Program-made: the position numbers and the translations under genes
Notes under the pieces: generated by a model
What the model was told of the DNA's origin: nothing
Seen by the model: the letters and a program-made list of their open reading frames with translations, nothing else
The model's database searches: none
Origin: Fidelibacterota bacterium
GTDB taxonomy: Bacteria > Fidelibacterota > Marinisomatia > Marinisomatales > TCS56
Assembly (NCBI GenBank): GCA_043822705.1
Contig: JBDRBK010000162.1
Span: 1-37,860, forward strand
Direction of reading: 5' to 3'
DNA: 37,860 bases
In this document: positions 17,102 to 27,198 of the stretch, piece by piece
Layout: each line of letters begins with the position of its first letter
How positions within the stretch are numbered: position 1 is the stretch's first letter

Positions 17102-19209
17102 TATATAATCCCCGCCTTCTTCAGATCGAACCCGCCGATCGGCAGCCGGTAAATCCGTTTGCCGGTGGCTGCAAAAATGGCGTTGGCCAGGGCCGGCGCT
17201 GTCGGCGGCACCGGCGGTTCACCGATACCGGTGGGCGGTTCGGTGCTGGGGACGATATATCCATCAACCTGCGGCGCATCCTTGATTGACAGCAATTTAT
17301 AATCGTGGAAATTGGATTGCCGAACCAACCCCTCGGCAAAACTGATTTCGCCGAACAGGGCCGCGGTCAATCCGAAGGTCACACCGCCTTCGATCTGCGC
17401 CCGTACGCCATCGGGATTGATCACCGTGCCGCAATCGACGGCGCAGACCATCCGGTGAATTTTAAGCAGTCCGGCTTTATCTACCGCTATTTCCGCGATC
17501 ACGGCGGCGTAGCTGCGGAAACAATAATGCACGGCCAGACCCTGAAAATGGTTCTTGGGCAATTTTTTACCCCAGCCGGCTTGCTCGGCCGCCAGTTCCA
17601 GCACGCCCCGGTGCCGGGGCTGGTCCGCCAGCAGTTTCAGCCGGTAGTCCAGGGGATTCTTGCCGGCCGCCGCCGCCAGTTCATCGATGAAACATTCGTT
17701 GACAAAAGCGTTGTGGGGATTGCCCACCGAGCGCCAGGCGCCGATTGCCACCGGGACATCGGCCATGACCAGATCGGTTTTAATGTTCGGGATCGCGTAG
17801 GCCAGATCGCCGGCTCCGCCGGTATGGATATCGGTCCAGCCGTCGGTCTGGGCGGCAATCCGGTGGGTCCAGACCGTCGGCAGTCCGGCCTTATCCAGAG
17901 CGCCCCGAGTTTTATGCACGGTTGCCGGCCGGTAGATGCCGTGCCGGATATCCTCTTCCCGGGTGCGGAATACCTTGACCGGTACACCCAGTTCCCTGGC
18001 TACCTCGACCGCATCGGCCACGAAATCCGATTGCAACCGCCGGCCGAAACCTCCACCGGAGCGCAGGGTATAAACCTTGATATTTTCATTGGCGTAACCG
18101 GTTATGTACCGGGCATGCCCGAAAGCGGCCCGGGGATTCTGGGTGGCGACCCACACTTCACAAATACCGTCGTGGATATAGGCGGTGCAATTGACCGGCT
18201 CCATCGGGGCGTGATCCAGGTAGGGAAATTCGTATTCGGCGCTGATGACCTTGGCGGCGGATTTGATGGCCTGGTCAGCATCACCGCTGGTTTCCACGGG
18301 CTGGGCTTCGCCGTCCAGGACCGACCGGAAGGCGGCGGTAATATCCGGTGAATTCAGACCGGCGTTGGGACCGGCCTCCCAGGTGACTTTCAATGCTCGA
18401 CGGCCTTCCAAGGCAGCCCAGGTGTTGGTGGCGACGACAGCGATACCGCTGCTGATGGGCACAACCTGTTTCACTCCCGGCACAGCCAGCGCCGGTTGCG
18501 GGTCGAACTCGCTCAGTGCGCCGCCACGGTAGGGAATCCGCTCCACCACCGCAATCAGCATTCCCGGCACGGTAAAATCGAGACCGAAGACGGCGCTGCC
18601 ATCGATCTTGATAGCGTGATCGACACTTTTAAAGGCCTGACCAATAATCTTGAAATCACGCGGATCTTTCAGCGGCACTTCGTCGGGAATCGGCAAGGTC
18701 CCGGCGACGGCCACCAGTTCACCGTAGCTCAGCTTTCGTCCGCTGGGCTGATGAATGATCGTATTGTTCTCCGCCCGGCATTCCGTGCGCGGCACCGACC
18801 AGGTTTGCGCCGCCGCAGTGATCAGCATTTCGCGGGCGGTGGCGCCGGCTTGGCGCAGTTTGTCGTAATTATCGCGAACGCTCATACTGCCGCCGGTGAC
18901 CTGAGAACCGTAGGCCGGATTGAAATCACCCTGAACGATTTTGATCCTGGTCCAGTCCGCTTCCAGTTCTTCGGCCACGATCTGCGGCAGGGCGGTCCAG
19001 ACCTTCTGGCCCAGTTCCGACTTATGCATCGTGATCGTCACCGTATCATCGGCGCTGATGCTGATCCACAGGTTGGGCTGGAAGGTTTCAGTCGGCGAAT
19101 CGGCCAGCAGCCGGGTGGCGCCACCGAAGTAGAAACCCAGTCCGAACAGCGTCCCGCCCGCCGACAGCTTGATAAAATCCCGCCGTGATATGGTCGTCGA
19201 CCTACTCAT
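17101..19209 (-). CDS. Xanthine-dehydrogenase-family molybdopterin subunit (isoquinoline 1-oxidoreductase beta-like), Tat-exported
   Basis: SRRDFIK Tat motif, [47 protein letters not shown]. Confidence 0.94.
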   Translation of the reverse strand: MSRSTTISRRDFIKLSAGGTLFGLGFYFGGATRLLADSPTETFQPNLWISISADDTVTITMHKSELGQKVWTALPQIVAEELEADWTRIKIVQGDFNPAYGSQVTGGSMSVRDNYDKLRQAGATAREMLITAAAQTWSVPRTECRAENNTIIHQPSGRKLSYGELVAVAGTLPIPDEVPLKDPRDFKIIGQAFKSVDHAIKIDGSAVFGLDFTVPGMLIAVVERIPYRGGALSEFDPQPALAVPGVKQVVPISSGIAVVATNTWAALEGRRALKVTWEAGPNAGLNSPDITAAFRSVLDGEAQPVETSGDADQAIKSAAKVISAEYEFPYLDHAPMEPVNCTAYIHDGICEVWVATQNPRAAFGHARYITGYANENIKVYTLRSGGGFGRRLQSDFVADAVEVARELGVPVKVFRTREEDIRHGIYRPATVHKTRGALDKAGLPTVWTHRIAAQTDGWTDIHTGGAGDLAYAIPNIKTDLVMADVPVAIGAWRSVGNPHNAFVNECFIDELAAAAGKNPLDYRLKLLADQPRHRGVLELAAEQAGWGKKLPKNHFQGLAVHYCFRSYAAVIAEIAVDKAGLLKIHRMVCAVDCGTVINPDGVRAQIEGGVTFGLTAALFGEISFAEGLVRQSNFHDYKLLSIKDAPQVDGYIVPSTEPPTGIGEPPVPPTAPALANAIFAATGKRIYRLPIGGFDLKKAGII

Positions 19210-19669
19210 TGGTCACCTCCCCGGCAGCCCGGTGAATAGCCCGGCGCACCCGCTGGTAGGTACCGCAGCGGCACAGGTTGCGATTCATGGCACGGTCGAT
19301 ATCGGCATCGGCGGGATGAGGTATTTCCTTCAGCAGGGCAGCGGCATTCATGATCTGCCCCGGCTGACAATAACCACACTGCGAAACCTCCTCTTCCAGC
19401 CAGGCCTGCTGCAGCGGATGGTTTAAATTAGTGGAAAGGCCTTCTATGGTGGTGATTTCCTTACCGGCGGCCTTTTCCACGGTGGTAATGCAGGAACGGA
19501 CGGCCTTGCCGTCCATCAGCACCGTGCAGCAACCGCACAGGCCCTTGCCACAACTATATTTGGTGCCGGTCAGTCCCAAATCGTCGCGCAACGCCCACAG
19601 CAGCTTCATTTGCGGGTCGACCTCCAGGGTGCGCGCCTGACCGTTTACTACAAAACTGATTTTTGCCAT
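19202..19669 (-). CDS. (2Fe-2S)-binding subunit (IorA/CoxS-like)
   Basis: [35 protein letters not shown]. Start at ATG 19669, preceded by GGAGGT. Confidence 0.95.
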   Translation of the reverse strand: MAKISFVVNGQARTLEVDPQMKLLWALRDDLGLTGTKYSCGKGLCGCCTVLMDGKAVRSCITTVEKAAGKEITTIEGLSTNLNHPLQQAWLEEEVSQCGYCQPGQIMNAAALLKEIPHPADADIDRAMNRNLCRCGTYQRVRRAIHRAAGEVTNE

Positions 19670-20110
19670 GCCGGTACCTCCCATAGTTGCGGATTGCTTT
19701 TACCCGCAGAGAATTTAAACGGTCTTTGGTTCTGGTACAAATTCATGTCGGTGAACGGTTAACAACTATAGAATAATGATTGACGATTTTGGAAGTGCGA
19801 AGTAGCGTATCGCTCTTAAAATCCCAAATCGTGAACCGGTGCTCTTACTTCAAGGAGCTTGCTTCAGCATTTGTTTTACTTCTTCCACCTAACGACAACA
19901 GGCTTATGTCACTGATACTGACTGGTGAGCAGATAAAATAATTATCGATTTTTAATGAGTGCTGGTACACAGACAGCCACCAATCCAGCGGAGATGAGCT
20001 CTTCTCCATGTGGACTCAACAATAATCCAGTTAAGGGACTGGGTCTCTAACTCATAGGTAAGTTTTGTACGGCTCATTTGGGTTGTTCATTAGATCACCA
20101 AGAATGTTTC

Positions 20111-20218
20111 CCGCATATCTGCGGAGATTAATCTGACTATTCTCCGCAAATAATGCGGCGAATATTTATTATTTAAAGAAATTAATTTGTATATTCATCG
20201 CAGAATCTGCGGAGAATA
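20111..20218. promoter_or_regulatory. Three operator-like inverted repeats upstream of fic
   Basis: CCGCA-TATC-TGCGG (20111-20124), TATTCTCCGCA-AATAA-TGCGGCGAATA (20138-20164), TATTCATCGCA-GAATC-TGCGGAGAATA (20192-20218, abutting the ATG). Confidence 0.75.
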
Positions 20219-21337
20219 ATGAAATACATATACCAACATGCTGATTGGCCGAATTTCACATGGGATGACGGGCGATTATTAACACTCCTTGGTCAAGTGA
20301 GAAATCTCCAGGGCAAGCTGATCGGGAAGATGGAAGCATTGGGATTTGAATTGCAAAGCGAGGCGGTTTTGCGGACCATGGCGCTGGAAGTTATTAAATC
20401 AACCGAAATTGAAGGCGAAATACTTAATCCCGAGCAGGTACGGTCTTCAGTAGCCCGACAATTAGGGATCGATATCTCCGGGTCAGTACCCTCTAACCAG
20501 AAAATCGACGGTGTTGTGGATATGCTGGCTGATGCGACACAGAATTTCAATCAGCCACTGACGAAACCAAGATTGTTTGGTTGGCACTGTGCCCTTTTTC
20601 CGACCGGACACAGTGGATTAAATAAAATCAGCGTGGGTAACTGGCGCGATGACGTAGCCGGACCGCTACAGGTTGTTTCGGGAGCCATTGGGAAAGAAAT
20701 ATTGCATTTTCAGGCGCCGGATGCAGCAGGGCTCGAATCAGAAATGGATTCATTTATCGCTTGGTTCAATAAGACAGATAACCTTGATCCTGTAATTAAG
20801 GCGGGGATCGCCCATTTATGGTTCGTTACCCTGCACCCTTTTGATGATGGCAACGGCAGGATTGCACGGGCGCTAGCAGATATGTTACTGGCACGCGCGG
20901 ATGGAATGCCGCAAAGATATTACAGCATGTCCGCGCAGATTCGAAAAGACCGCAACGGATACTATACTATCTTAGAAAATACCCAGAAAGGTACGCTCGA
21001 CATTACCGATTGGTTAGATTGGTTTCTGGGATGCCTATTGAATGCCCTGGAATCGTCCGGCCAAATACTTGCGACAGTGATTGATAAACACCGGTTCTGG
21101 AATAAAAACGCACCACAGATTCAAAACAACCGGCAAAAACTGTTGCTGAATAAATTATTGGACGGATTTGACGGGAAATTAACTTCGTCAAAATGGGCAA
21201 AAATTGCAAAATGCTCGCCCGACACCGCTCTACGCGATATTCAGGATTTAATAAATAAACAAATATTGCGAAAAGCCGAGGGTGGCGGCAGAAGCACATC
21301 TTATGAATTAATTGAGCCGGGTGATGTAAATTATTAA
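20219..21337 (+). CDS. Fic family protein (DUF4172-type N-terminus, Fic core, C-terminal HTH)
   Basis: YIYQHADWPNFTWD, STEIEGE inhibitory-type motif, canonical HPFDDGNGRIAR, KCSPDTALRDIQDL...GGRSTSY. Confidence 0.95.
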   Translation: MKYIYQHADWPNFTWDDGRLLTLLGQVRNLQGKLIGKMEALGFELQSEAVLRTMALEVIKSTEIEGEILNPEQVRSSVARQLGIDISGSVPSNQKIDGVVDMLADATQNFNQPLTKPRLFGWHCALFPTGHSGLNKISVGNWRDDVAGPLQVVSGAIGKEILHFQAPDAAGLESEMDSFIAWFNKTDNLDPVIKAGIAHLWFVTLHPFDDGNGRIARALADMLLARADGMPQRYYSMSAQIRKDRNGYYTILENTQKGTLDITDWLDWFLGCLLNALESSGQILATVIDKHRFWNKNAPQIQNNRQKLLLNKLLDGFDGKLTSSKWAKIAKCSPDTALRDIQDLINKQILRKAEGGGRSTSYELIEPGDVNY

Positions 21338-21436
21338 CATCAAGCGTTGCAACGAGGGCAGTCACTTTCGAAATTTGAATTAATCAGTGGAAGCCGTGTT
21401 TTTGTGTTATAACATCAGGATAATTGAATTGTACAT

Positions 21437-21625
21437 CTGGGATAAACCCTTCCCCAGGTGGACCAAACAATAATCCGGTTGGGGGAAAGGTTCCCCGAAG
21501 TGGGGGAAGCAATTATTTACCTGGGGGAAAGCTTCCCCAAGGTTGGGGAAAGAATAATCCACGTGCCCGAAACAATAAAATACATTGCCGGAGCAATAAT
21601 CCACCTGCCCGGTGTTGTCATAAGA
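21437..21625. repeat. Degenerate 21-bp tandem array (9 units, partial 42-bp higher-order period)
   Basis: Units start at 21437, 21458, 21479, 21500, 21521, 21542, 21563, 21584, 21605, e.g. TTGGGGGAAAGGTTCCCCGAA / GTGGGGGAAGCAATTATTTAC / CTGGGGGAAAGCTTCCCCAAG / GTTGGGGAAAGAATAATCCAC. Confidence 0.85.
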
Positions 21626-21626
21626 C

Positions 21627-22655
21627 TTACTGATCCGTGTCCAGCTTCAGAATAATCTTCCCCACGCTCCGGCCGCTTTCCATCAGTTCATGGGCGCGGG
21701 GGGCTTCATCGAAGCGGAAATAATGGCCCACCACCGGCCGGATTCCGGTCTCGCTCACATAGGCGGTGAGACTGTTCCACAATTCCTTCATCCGCGGCAG
21801 GTCGTTCAGCAGATAGCCCAGATGGGAGGCACCCACCGACCGGGATTTTTCGGCCATCTGCGATATATTCACCCGCGGGATGTCGCGCCAGGTCCAGTAC
21901 CAGGAGAACGGCTTCCACTTTTTCAGGTCAAGACTGGCAAAGCCCATCACCGCCACCCGCCCGAAAGGATTCAACAACTCCATACTGCGGCGGAAGATTT
22001 CACCACCCACCACTTCCAGGACAATGTCGACCCCCCGGCCGTTGTTCAGCCGGCGAACCTCGGCGGAAAAATCGCTCCGGCGATAATTGATGGCGCCATC
22101 GATGCCCAGTTGCCGCACCCGCTCCATTTTTTCATCGAAACCCACCGTGCCGAAAACCGTGCAGCCGTATTTCTTTGCCAGTTGCACTGCCGCTGTACCG
22201 ACACCGCCGGCGGCGGCCTGGATCAAAACAGTGTCGGTCGGTCGCGCCCGTGCCAGTTCGAACAGCGCCACCCAGGCTGTCATGTAATTCACGGCGAAAG
22301 CGGCATTTTCCTCAGCCGAAAATTCCGGCAGCGCCGGCAGTACCTGCTCCTGCGGCAGGACGATTTTCTCGGCATAAGTTCCATACTGGGTGGCGACGAT
22401 GACCCGGTCACCGCTGCGCCAGTCAGTGACCTCCGGCCCCAGCAGATCGATGCGGCCATAGGCTTCCATTCCCAGCACATAGGGCATTTTCGGGCTCCAG
22501 CCGTACAGCCCTTTGCGGGACTGAATCTCGGAATAATTGAGGCCGATCGCCTCGATCGCGATCCTGACCTGTCCCGGTCCCGGCTGCGGATCAGGAAGCT
22601 CTGATAACTGCAACGCTGCCGGTTTACCATGTTTTTGTAAAAGGTAGGCGCGCAT
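21627..22655 (-). CDS. MDR-family NADPH:quinone oxidoreductase (VAT-1/zeta-crystallin-like)
   Basis: PQPGPGQVRI, PYVLGMEAYG, VLIQAAAGGVGTAAVQLAK, AHELMESGRSVGKIIL; AGGAG RBS. Confidence 0.92.
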   Translation of the reverse strand: MRAYLLQKHGKPAALQLSELPDPQPGPGQVRIAIEAIGLNYSEIQSRKGLYGWSPKMPYVLGMEAYGRIDLLGPEVTDWRSGDRVIVATQYGTYAEKIVLPQEQVLPALPEFSAEENAAFAVNYMTAWVALFELARARPTDTVLIQAAAGGVGTAAVQLAKKYGCTVFGTVGFDEKMERVRQLGIDGAINYRRSDFSAEVRRLNNGRGVDIVLEVVGGEIFRRSMELLNPFGRVAVMGFASLDLKKWKPFSWYWTWRDIPRVNISQMAEKSRSVGASHLGYLLNDLPRMKELWNSLTAYVSETGIRPVVGHYFRFDEAPRAHELMESGRSVGKIILKLDTDQ

Positions 22656-22859
22656 ATCCGGTTTCTCCTATACTGCTGACTGATACGACAATTTGAATAT
22701 CTCGTCCACGATCGAGCTATTCCCCGGCGAAATATAATAGCGCCGGGCGCGATCGGCAATCGAATATACCGGCGATCAGGGCGGATTATTTCACTGACAA
22801 CATTTTTTATCCGGACTTGTCCAACTCTTTATAATAATCAGATTAAAAGGGGAAGCACG

Positions 22860-23570
22860 ATGCAGAATACAAAATCCGGTTTAGCGGTCATTGCCATTTT
22901 TATGCTGGGAACGATAGTCCTGGCTGATAATGGTGTCATCAGAGAAGAACGACAGGTTTCCGGTTTCAATAAAGTCTCTCTGGGTGGTTCAGGAACGGTT
23001 TACCTAACCCAGGGTAACACCGAATCATTAACCGTTGAAGCTCATGCCGATGTGCTGCCGTACATCGAGACGGTAGTACAAGGAAATACTCTTTCGCTGG
23101 GGATGAAACGTGGCTACCACTCGTGGGGAAGTACCGGACCAATACGTTATCATTTGACTATTAAGGATGTGAAACGGTTGAGTATCTCCGGCTCGGGAGA
23201 CATCAGTTCTGACAAGATTAAATCGGAAAATCTGTCGCTGCATATCAGCGGTTCCGGTGATATTACCTTGAAAGAGGTCAATTCCGACATAATCTCCGCC
23301 CAAATTTCCGGCTCCGGCGGGTGCGCTCTCGGCGGCAGTGCCGTCCAACAGGAAATCCACATTTCCGGTTCCGGCGAATACAAGGCACCCGACCTGAAAT
23401 GCGAACGGGTCGATGTATCGATCAGCGGATCAGGCGATGTAAAAGTCTGGGCCGAAGAAGAGCTGGATGTAAGTATCAGCGGCAGCGGTGATGTTGGCTA
23501 TTTTGGTCGCCCGGCAGTCTACAGTCATTCCAGCGGTTCCGGGCATACGTCCCATTTGGGTATGCGTTAA
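22860..23570 (+). CDS. Head GIN domain / DUF2807 secreted beta-helical protein
   Basis: Signal peptide, EERQVSGFNKVSLGGSG, repeated ISGSGD motifs. Confidence 0.9.
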   Translation: MQNTKSGLAVIAIFMLGTIVLADNGVIREERQVSGFNKVSLGGSGTVYLTQGNTESLTVEAHADVLPYIETVVQGNTLSLGMKRGYHSWGSTGPIRYHLTIKDVKRLSISGSGDISSDKIKSENLSLHISGSGDITLKEVNSDIISAQISGSGGCALGGSAVQQEIHISGSGEYKAPDLKCERVDVSISGSGDVKVWAEEELDVSISGSGDVGYFGRPAVYSHSSGSGHTSHLGMR

Positions 23571-23914
23571 TAGCGGCCGCGGAATTTCTCCCGGGGATAT
23601 TTCTCCCCGTTTTTGGCCATTTTCCGGCGAATGGCTGAGCTGATGTCGATCCCGTGGCGGTTGGCGAAGGCCAGGGCGTATACCAGGATATCGGCCAGTT
23701 CATCTTCGGTAGCATTGCGGACGGCGGCGTCATTCAAAGCTTCCCAGGCAGCTTCGCTGGTCTGCCATTTATAGATGTCCATCAGCTCGGCCGCCTCAAT
23801 CGCCAGCGCCATTGACAGATTCTTGGGACTGTGGAACTGTTCCCAGTCCCGGGCGGAAATGAAATCCTCCACCACCTGCTTGATTTCCTGAATCGTAGTC
23901 TGTTCGTCCATCAC
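23567..23914 (-). CDS. MazG-like nucleotide pyrophosphohydrolase (dCTP pyrophosphatase type)
   Basis: RDWEQFHSPKNLSMALAIEAAEL, DELADILVY, KMAKNGEKYP. Confidence 0.93.
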   Translation of the reverse strand: MMDEQTTIQEIKQVVEDFISARDWEQFHSPKNLSMALAIEAAELMDIYKWQTSEAAWEALNDAAVRNATEDELADILVYALAFANRHGIDISSAIRRKMAKNGEKYPREKFRGRY

Positions 23915-23920
23915 CAGTAA

Positions 23921-26104
23921 TTATTTCCTGAATATGCGGTTTAGAAAAGATGTTTTTCCGGTCGCTTGTGCGAGCCCCAGTTCCTGCAACAGTTCATCGG
24001 CGCCACTGAATTTCTCCGCGATCCACAGCACGTAGCGAATATCGACCGCGATCGAGCGGCTGTAGGCTTCATTCCAGGCAAAATCATTGATCGTAGCCTC
24101 GAACGCGCGATCAAAATTGACCCCCACCAGCTGCCCGCGGGCATTCAGTACGGCCGCACCGGAATTACCACCGGTGGTGTCCATGTTGTACAAGAGCGCC
24201 ACCGGTACGCTGTTAAGCCGCGGGTGGCGGTAGCGACCGAAATCCTTGGCAGTCTGCAACCGCACGATTTCTGGCGGCAGATTAAAGGGCGGCTCGCCGC
24301 TGTTCTTGCTGATCACGCCGTTGAGGGTGGTGATTGGCGCGTAGTACACGGCGTCGGCCGGGGCGTACCCGCGGACGTGGCCGTAAGTCAACCGCAGGGT
24401 GCTGTTGGCATCGGGAATAAAATCGGCTTCGTGGAATTGCCGCTGCACTTCCAGCAGGGCGGCATGGAGTACATCCAGCCGGCCGTCGCGCGCATCCTTG
24501 GCAGCGCGCTGTTCTTCGTAGGACGGATGCAGGGCGATCATGAATTGCAACAGCAGATCGTCCACCAGCGCCAGTTCGACCGGTGTTTTTCCCAGCAGTG
24601 ATTCCACGAACCGGGGATCGCCGAGCCGGGAATTTTCCAGGGCTGATTCAACGAAAGTCTGCAGCCCGTCATTATCCGTTGGCAAAGCGCTGATCGCCGG
24701 AATTTGGTACTCCTCCGGCAATTGCCGGCAGCGCCGCAGCAGATCCAGCAGCAGCACCTGATCGGTGGGCTGATAGAAATTATCCAGCTCATTGTACATT
24801 TTCGTGAAAGTCTCGTCCAGCCGGCGCTCGGTGAAGGCGGTTTCGCGCTCACTGTCCGGTTTCTGTTTTTCCGCCGCCGCGGTATAAATGACGTAAGCCG
24901 CATGGAGCAGAACCGAAGCATCCTTAAGATAGTTGAGACAGAATTCATAATCGGCCCGGTCACTGACCGCTCGATAAATTGCCCCGATTTCCGGTAAAAT
25001 CCGTCCATAATCCCGGTTCAGAATCGAATCGGCTGCGATGTACTGTTGCAGTTCGCGCTCCCCGGCCCAGCGTTTTTCCACCAGGTCCAGGCGACCTATT
25101 CCCAGCAGTTTGCCGCGGTAGTTCTTCAGCGAGTTGGACCGGTTTTTAATCCGGGAAACCTGCTTGAGGATCACGCTGCGATCATCACCGCCGATGGTTT
25201 CCATGATCGCGATCTGCCATTGGTACAGGTCGACGACCGCCGGCATCCGCAGGGAATATTCATAATCGAGATAGTACGAGGTGCGATGGCGATAGGTCCG
25301 CCCGGGATAGCCTAAAATGAAAACGAAATCTTCCTCATCGACACCTGCGATCGCGATTTCCAGCACTTTCCGCGGCTGGTATGGTATATTATCCGGGGAA
25401 TATTCGGCCGGTTTGCCGTCTGGTCCGACATAGGCGCGCAGAAAGGAAAAATCGCCGGTATGGCGGGGCCAGACCCAGTTATCGGTTTCGCCGCCGTAAT
25501 TGCCTATCGCCTGCGGCGGGGCATAGACCAGCCGCACATCCTTCAACTGTGTGGAAATGAACAGCACATAGGATTTGCCGGGGAACATCTCCGCCACCTC
25601 GGCCCGCGTACCCGGTTTTTCCGCCGCCGTCTCGATCTCATTAATTCGTTTTTCAATCGCCTGGGTCCGCTCGGCCGGCGTCATTTCCGCCGTCACTGCT
25701 GCCAACACCATACCGGATACATCGCGGTAGGACTCGGTAATTTTGACGGTATAGCCCTTGGCGATCACTTCCTCGTCCTTGGTCCGGGCCAGAAAACCCT
25801 GTTCCAGATAGTCCCGTTGCGGCGTGCTGGCATCCTGGATCGCCCGAAAGGCGCAGTGGTGATTGGTCAGAATCAAGCCCTGCTCCGACACGAACGAACC
25901 GGAACAGCCGTTGACCTTGCAGATACCATCGATCAGGCTGACGCCGTCGGGATTGTACAGATCGGCGGGCGCCAGTTCCAGTCCCGCGGCCTGCAGGTCA
26001 GTGATCGGCAAGTCGCTCAGCGGCCACATGCCTTCTTCGGCCGACAGGAGTGCAACAGTACAGAATAACAGGATAAAATAGCAGCGTGGGGGGCATTTTA
26101 ACAT
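23921..26104 (-). CDS. S46 family dipeptidyl peptidase (DPP11-like)
   Basis: AEEGMW, CSGSFVS..GLILTNHHC, NWVWPRHTGDFSFLR, DTTGGNSG, NFDR. Confidence 0.95.
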   Translation of the reverse strand: MLKCPPRCYFILLFCTVALLSAEEGMWPLSDLPITDLQAAGLELAPADLYNPDGVSLIDGICKVNGCSGSFVSEQGLILTNHHCAFRAIQDASTPQRDYLEQGFLARTKDEEVIAKGYTVKITESYRDVSGMVLAAVTAEMTPAERTQAIEKRINEIETAAEKPGTRAEVAEMFPGKSYVLFISTQLKDVRLVYAPPQAIGNYGGETDNWVWPRHTGDFSFLRAYVGPDGKPAEYSPDNIPYQPRKVLEIAIAGVDEEDFVFILGYPGRTYRHRTSYYLDYEYSLRMPAVVDLYQWQIAIMETIGGDDRSVILKQVSRIKNRSNSLKNYRGKLLGIGRLDLVEKRWAGERELQQYIAADSILNRDYGRILPEIGAIYRAVSDRADYEFCLNYLKDASVLLHAAYVIYTAAAEKQKPDSERETAFTERRLDETFTKMYNELDNFYQPTDQVLLLDLLRRCRQLPEEYQIPAISALPTDNDGLQTFVESALENSRLGDPRFVESLLGKTPVELALVDDLLLQFMIALHPSYEEQRAAKDARDGRLDVLHAALLEVQRQFHEADFIPDANSTLRLTYGHVRGYAPADAVYYAPITTLNGVISKNSGEPPFNLPPEIVRLQTAKDFGRYRHPRLNSVPVALLYNMDTTGGNSGAAVLNARGQLVGVNFDRAFEATINDFAWNEAYSRSIAVDIRYVLWIAEKFSGADELLQELGLAQATGKTSFLNRIFRK

Positions 26105-26214
26105 GATTCTTCCGGTTTATTTTTAACTGGAATTTATCCAATTTTAGTCTTGCCGCCCGGACCTTATTACCAGCGGACTGACATTCCGGAATCCGGTCTG
26201 CTCTTCCCTGGCGT

Positions 26215-26270
26215 CGGCCTTCAGGCCGGTGGTCAAAACCGACTACTGGGTGATGCCCTTTAGGGCATTA
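26215..26270. repeat. Two short REP-like hairpins
   Basis: CGGCC-TTCA-GGCCG (26215-26228) and ATGCCC-TTTA-GGGCAT (26253-26268). On the minus strand the loops read TGAA and TAAA, like the TAAA loop at 4931-4934. Confidence 0.5.
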
Positions 26271-26274
26271 TAAA

Positions 26275-27198
26275 TCAGAATTTCTTTTGATAAAAATGAC
26301 AGTAAGGCGTCGAATCCTTCTTGGTATAATAATCCTGGTGGTAATCCTCCGCCGGCCAGAATGTGCCGGCCGCCGTCACTTCGGTGACCACGTCATAGCC
26401 TTTAGCTTTCAGGATGCCGATCAGTTTTTCGGCGGTGGCCTTCTGCTGTTCATCCTGATAAAATATTGCCGAGCGGTACTGATGGCCTACATCCGGTCCC
26501 TGACGGTCAACCTGGGTCGGATCATGTGTCTCGAAAAACAGAATTGCCAGTTCCTCGTAGCTGACTTTGGATGGATCATAAAGCACCTCCACCGCCTCGG
26601 CGTGCCCGGTATCGGTATACGAAACCTGCTTGTAGGTCGGATTATCTTTGTTACCGCCGGTGTAACCAACAGTGGTAGCCAGCACGCCGGCGTTTTTCTG
26701 CAGGTGGTACTCAGTGCCCCAGAAACAGCCCGAAGCGAATATCGCCCGCGCCGGCCGGACCGGTTCCAACGCCTCAAAATTCAGCGACACGGAATTGACG
26801 CAGTGGCGGGTATTTTTTGCAGTATAGCCCTCCCCTGCAAACACATGGCCCAGGTGACCGTCACAGTTGGCGCAGAGAATTTCCGTTCGATGGCCGTCGG
26901 TATCGGGGACCCGTTTAACGGCACCTTCGATGGCATCGTCGAAACTGGGCCAGCCACAGTGGGAATCAAATTTATCGTCCGAGCGATAGAGCGGCGCGTT
27001 GCAACGCTTGCAGGTGTAAACACCCTGCTCATCGTAGTTGACAAATTCGCCTGACCAGGGCCGTTCGGTACCTTTGTGAACAATTACTCGTTCTTCTTCC
27101 TGTGTCAATTCATTGTACTGCATTTCGTTCTGTGCCATTCCCCCGCCGACGGTCAGTACGACCATCGACAGGTAGATTAATTTTCTTGTGCTTGTCAT
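26275..27198 (-). CDS. msrAB: Bifunctional methionine sulfoxide reductase MsrB-MsrA, with N-terminal signal/anchor
   Basis: MsrB: KGTERP, GWPSF, HLGHVF, RHCVNS. MsrA: GCFWG, GHAEAV, HDPTQ..RQGPDVG.QYRSAIF, AEDYHQDY. Confidence 0.97.
   Translation of the reverse strand: MTSTRKLIYLSMVVLTVGGGMAQNEMQYNELTQEEERVIVHKGTERPWSGEFVNYDEQGVYTCKRCNAPLYRSDDKFDSHCGWPSFDDAIEGAVKRVPDTDGHRTEILCANCDGHLGHVFAGEGYTAKNTRHCVNSVSLNFEALEPVRPARAIFASGCFWGTEYHLQKNAGVLATTVGYTGGNKDNPTYKQVSYTDTGHAEAVEVLYDPSKVSYEELAILFFETHDPTQVDRQGPDVGHQYRSAIFYQDEQQKATAEKLIGILKAKGYDVVTEVTAAGTFWPAEDYHQDYYTKKDSTPYCHFYQKKF

Noticed and set aside
21437..21625. CRISPR array
   Set aside because: No identical repeats separated by unique spacers; all units are mutually similar 21-mers and no cas genes are present.
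23567..23914. MazG-like gene as part of a defence system
   Set aside because: Host-like composition and housekeeping neighbours; no defence partners.
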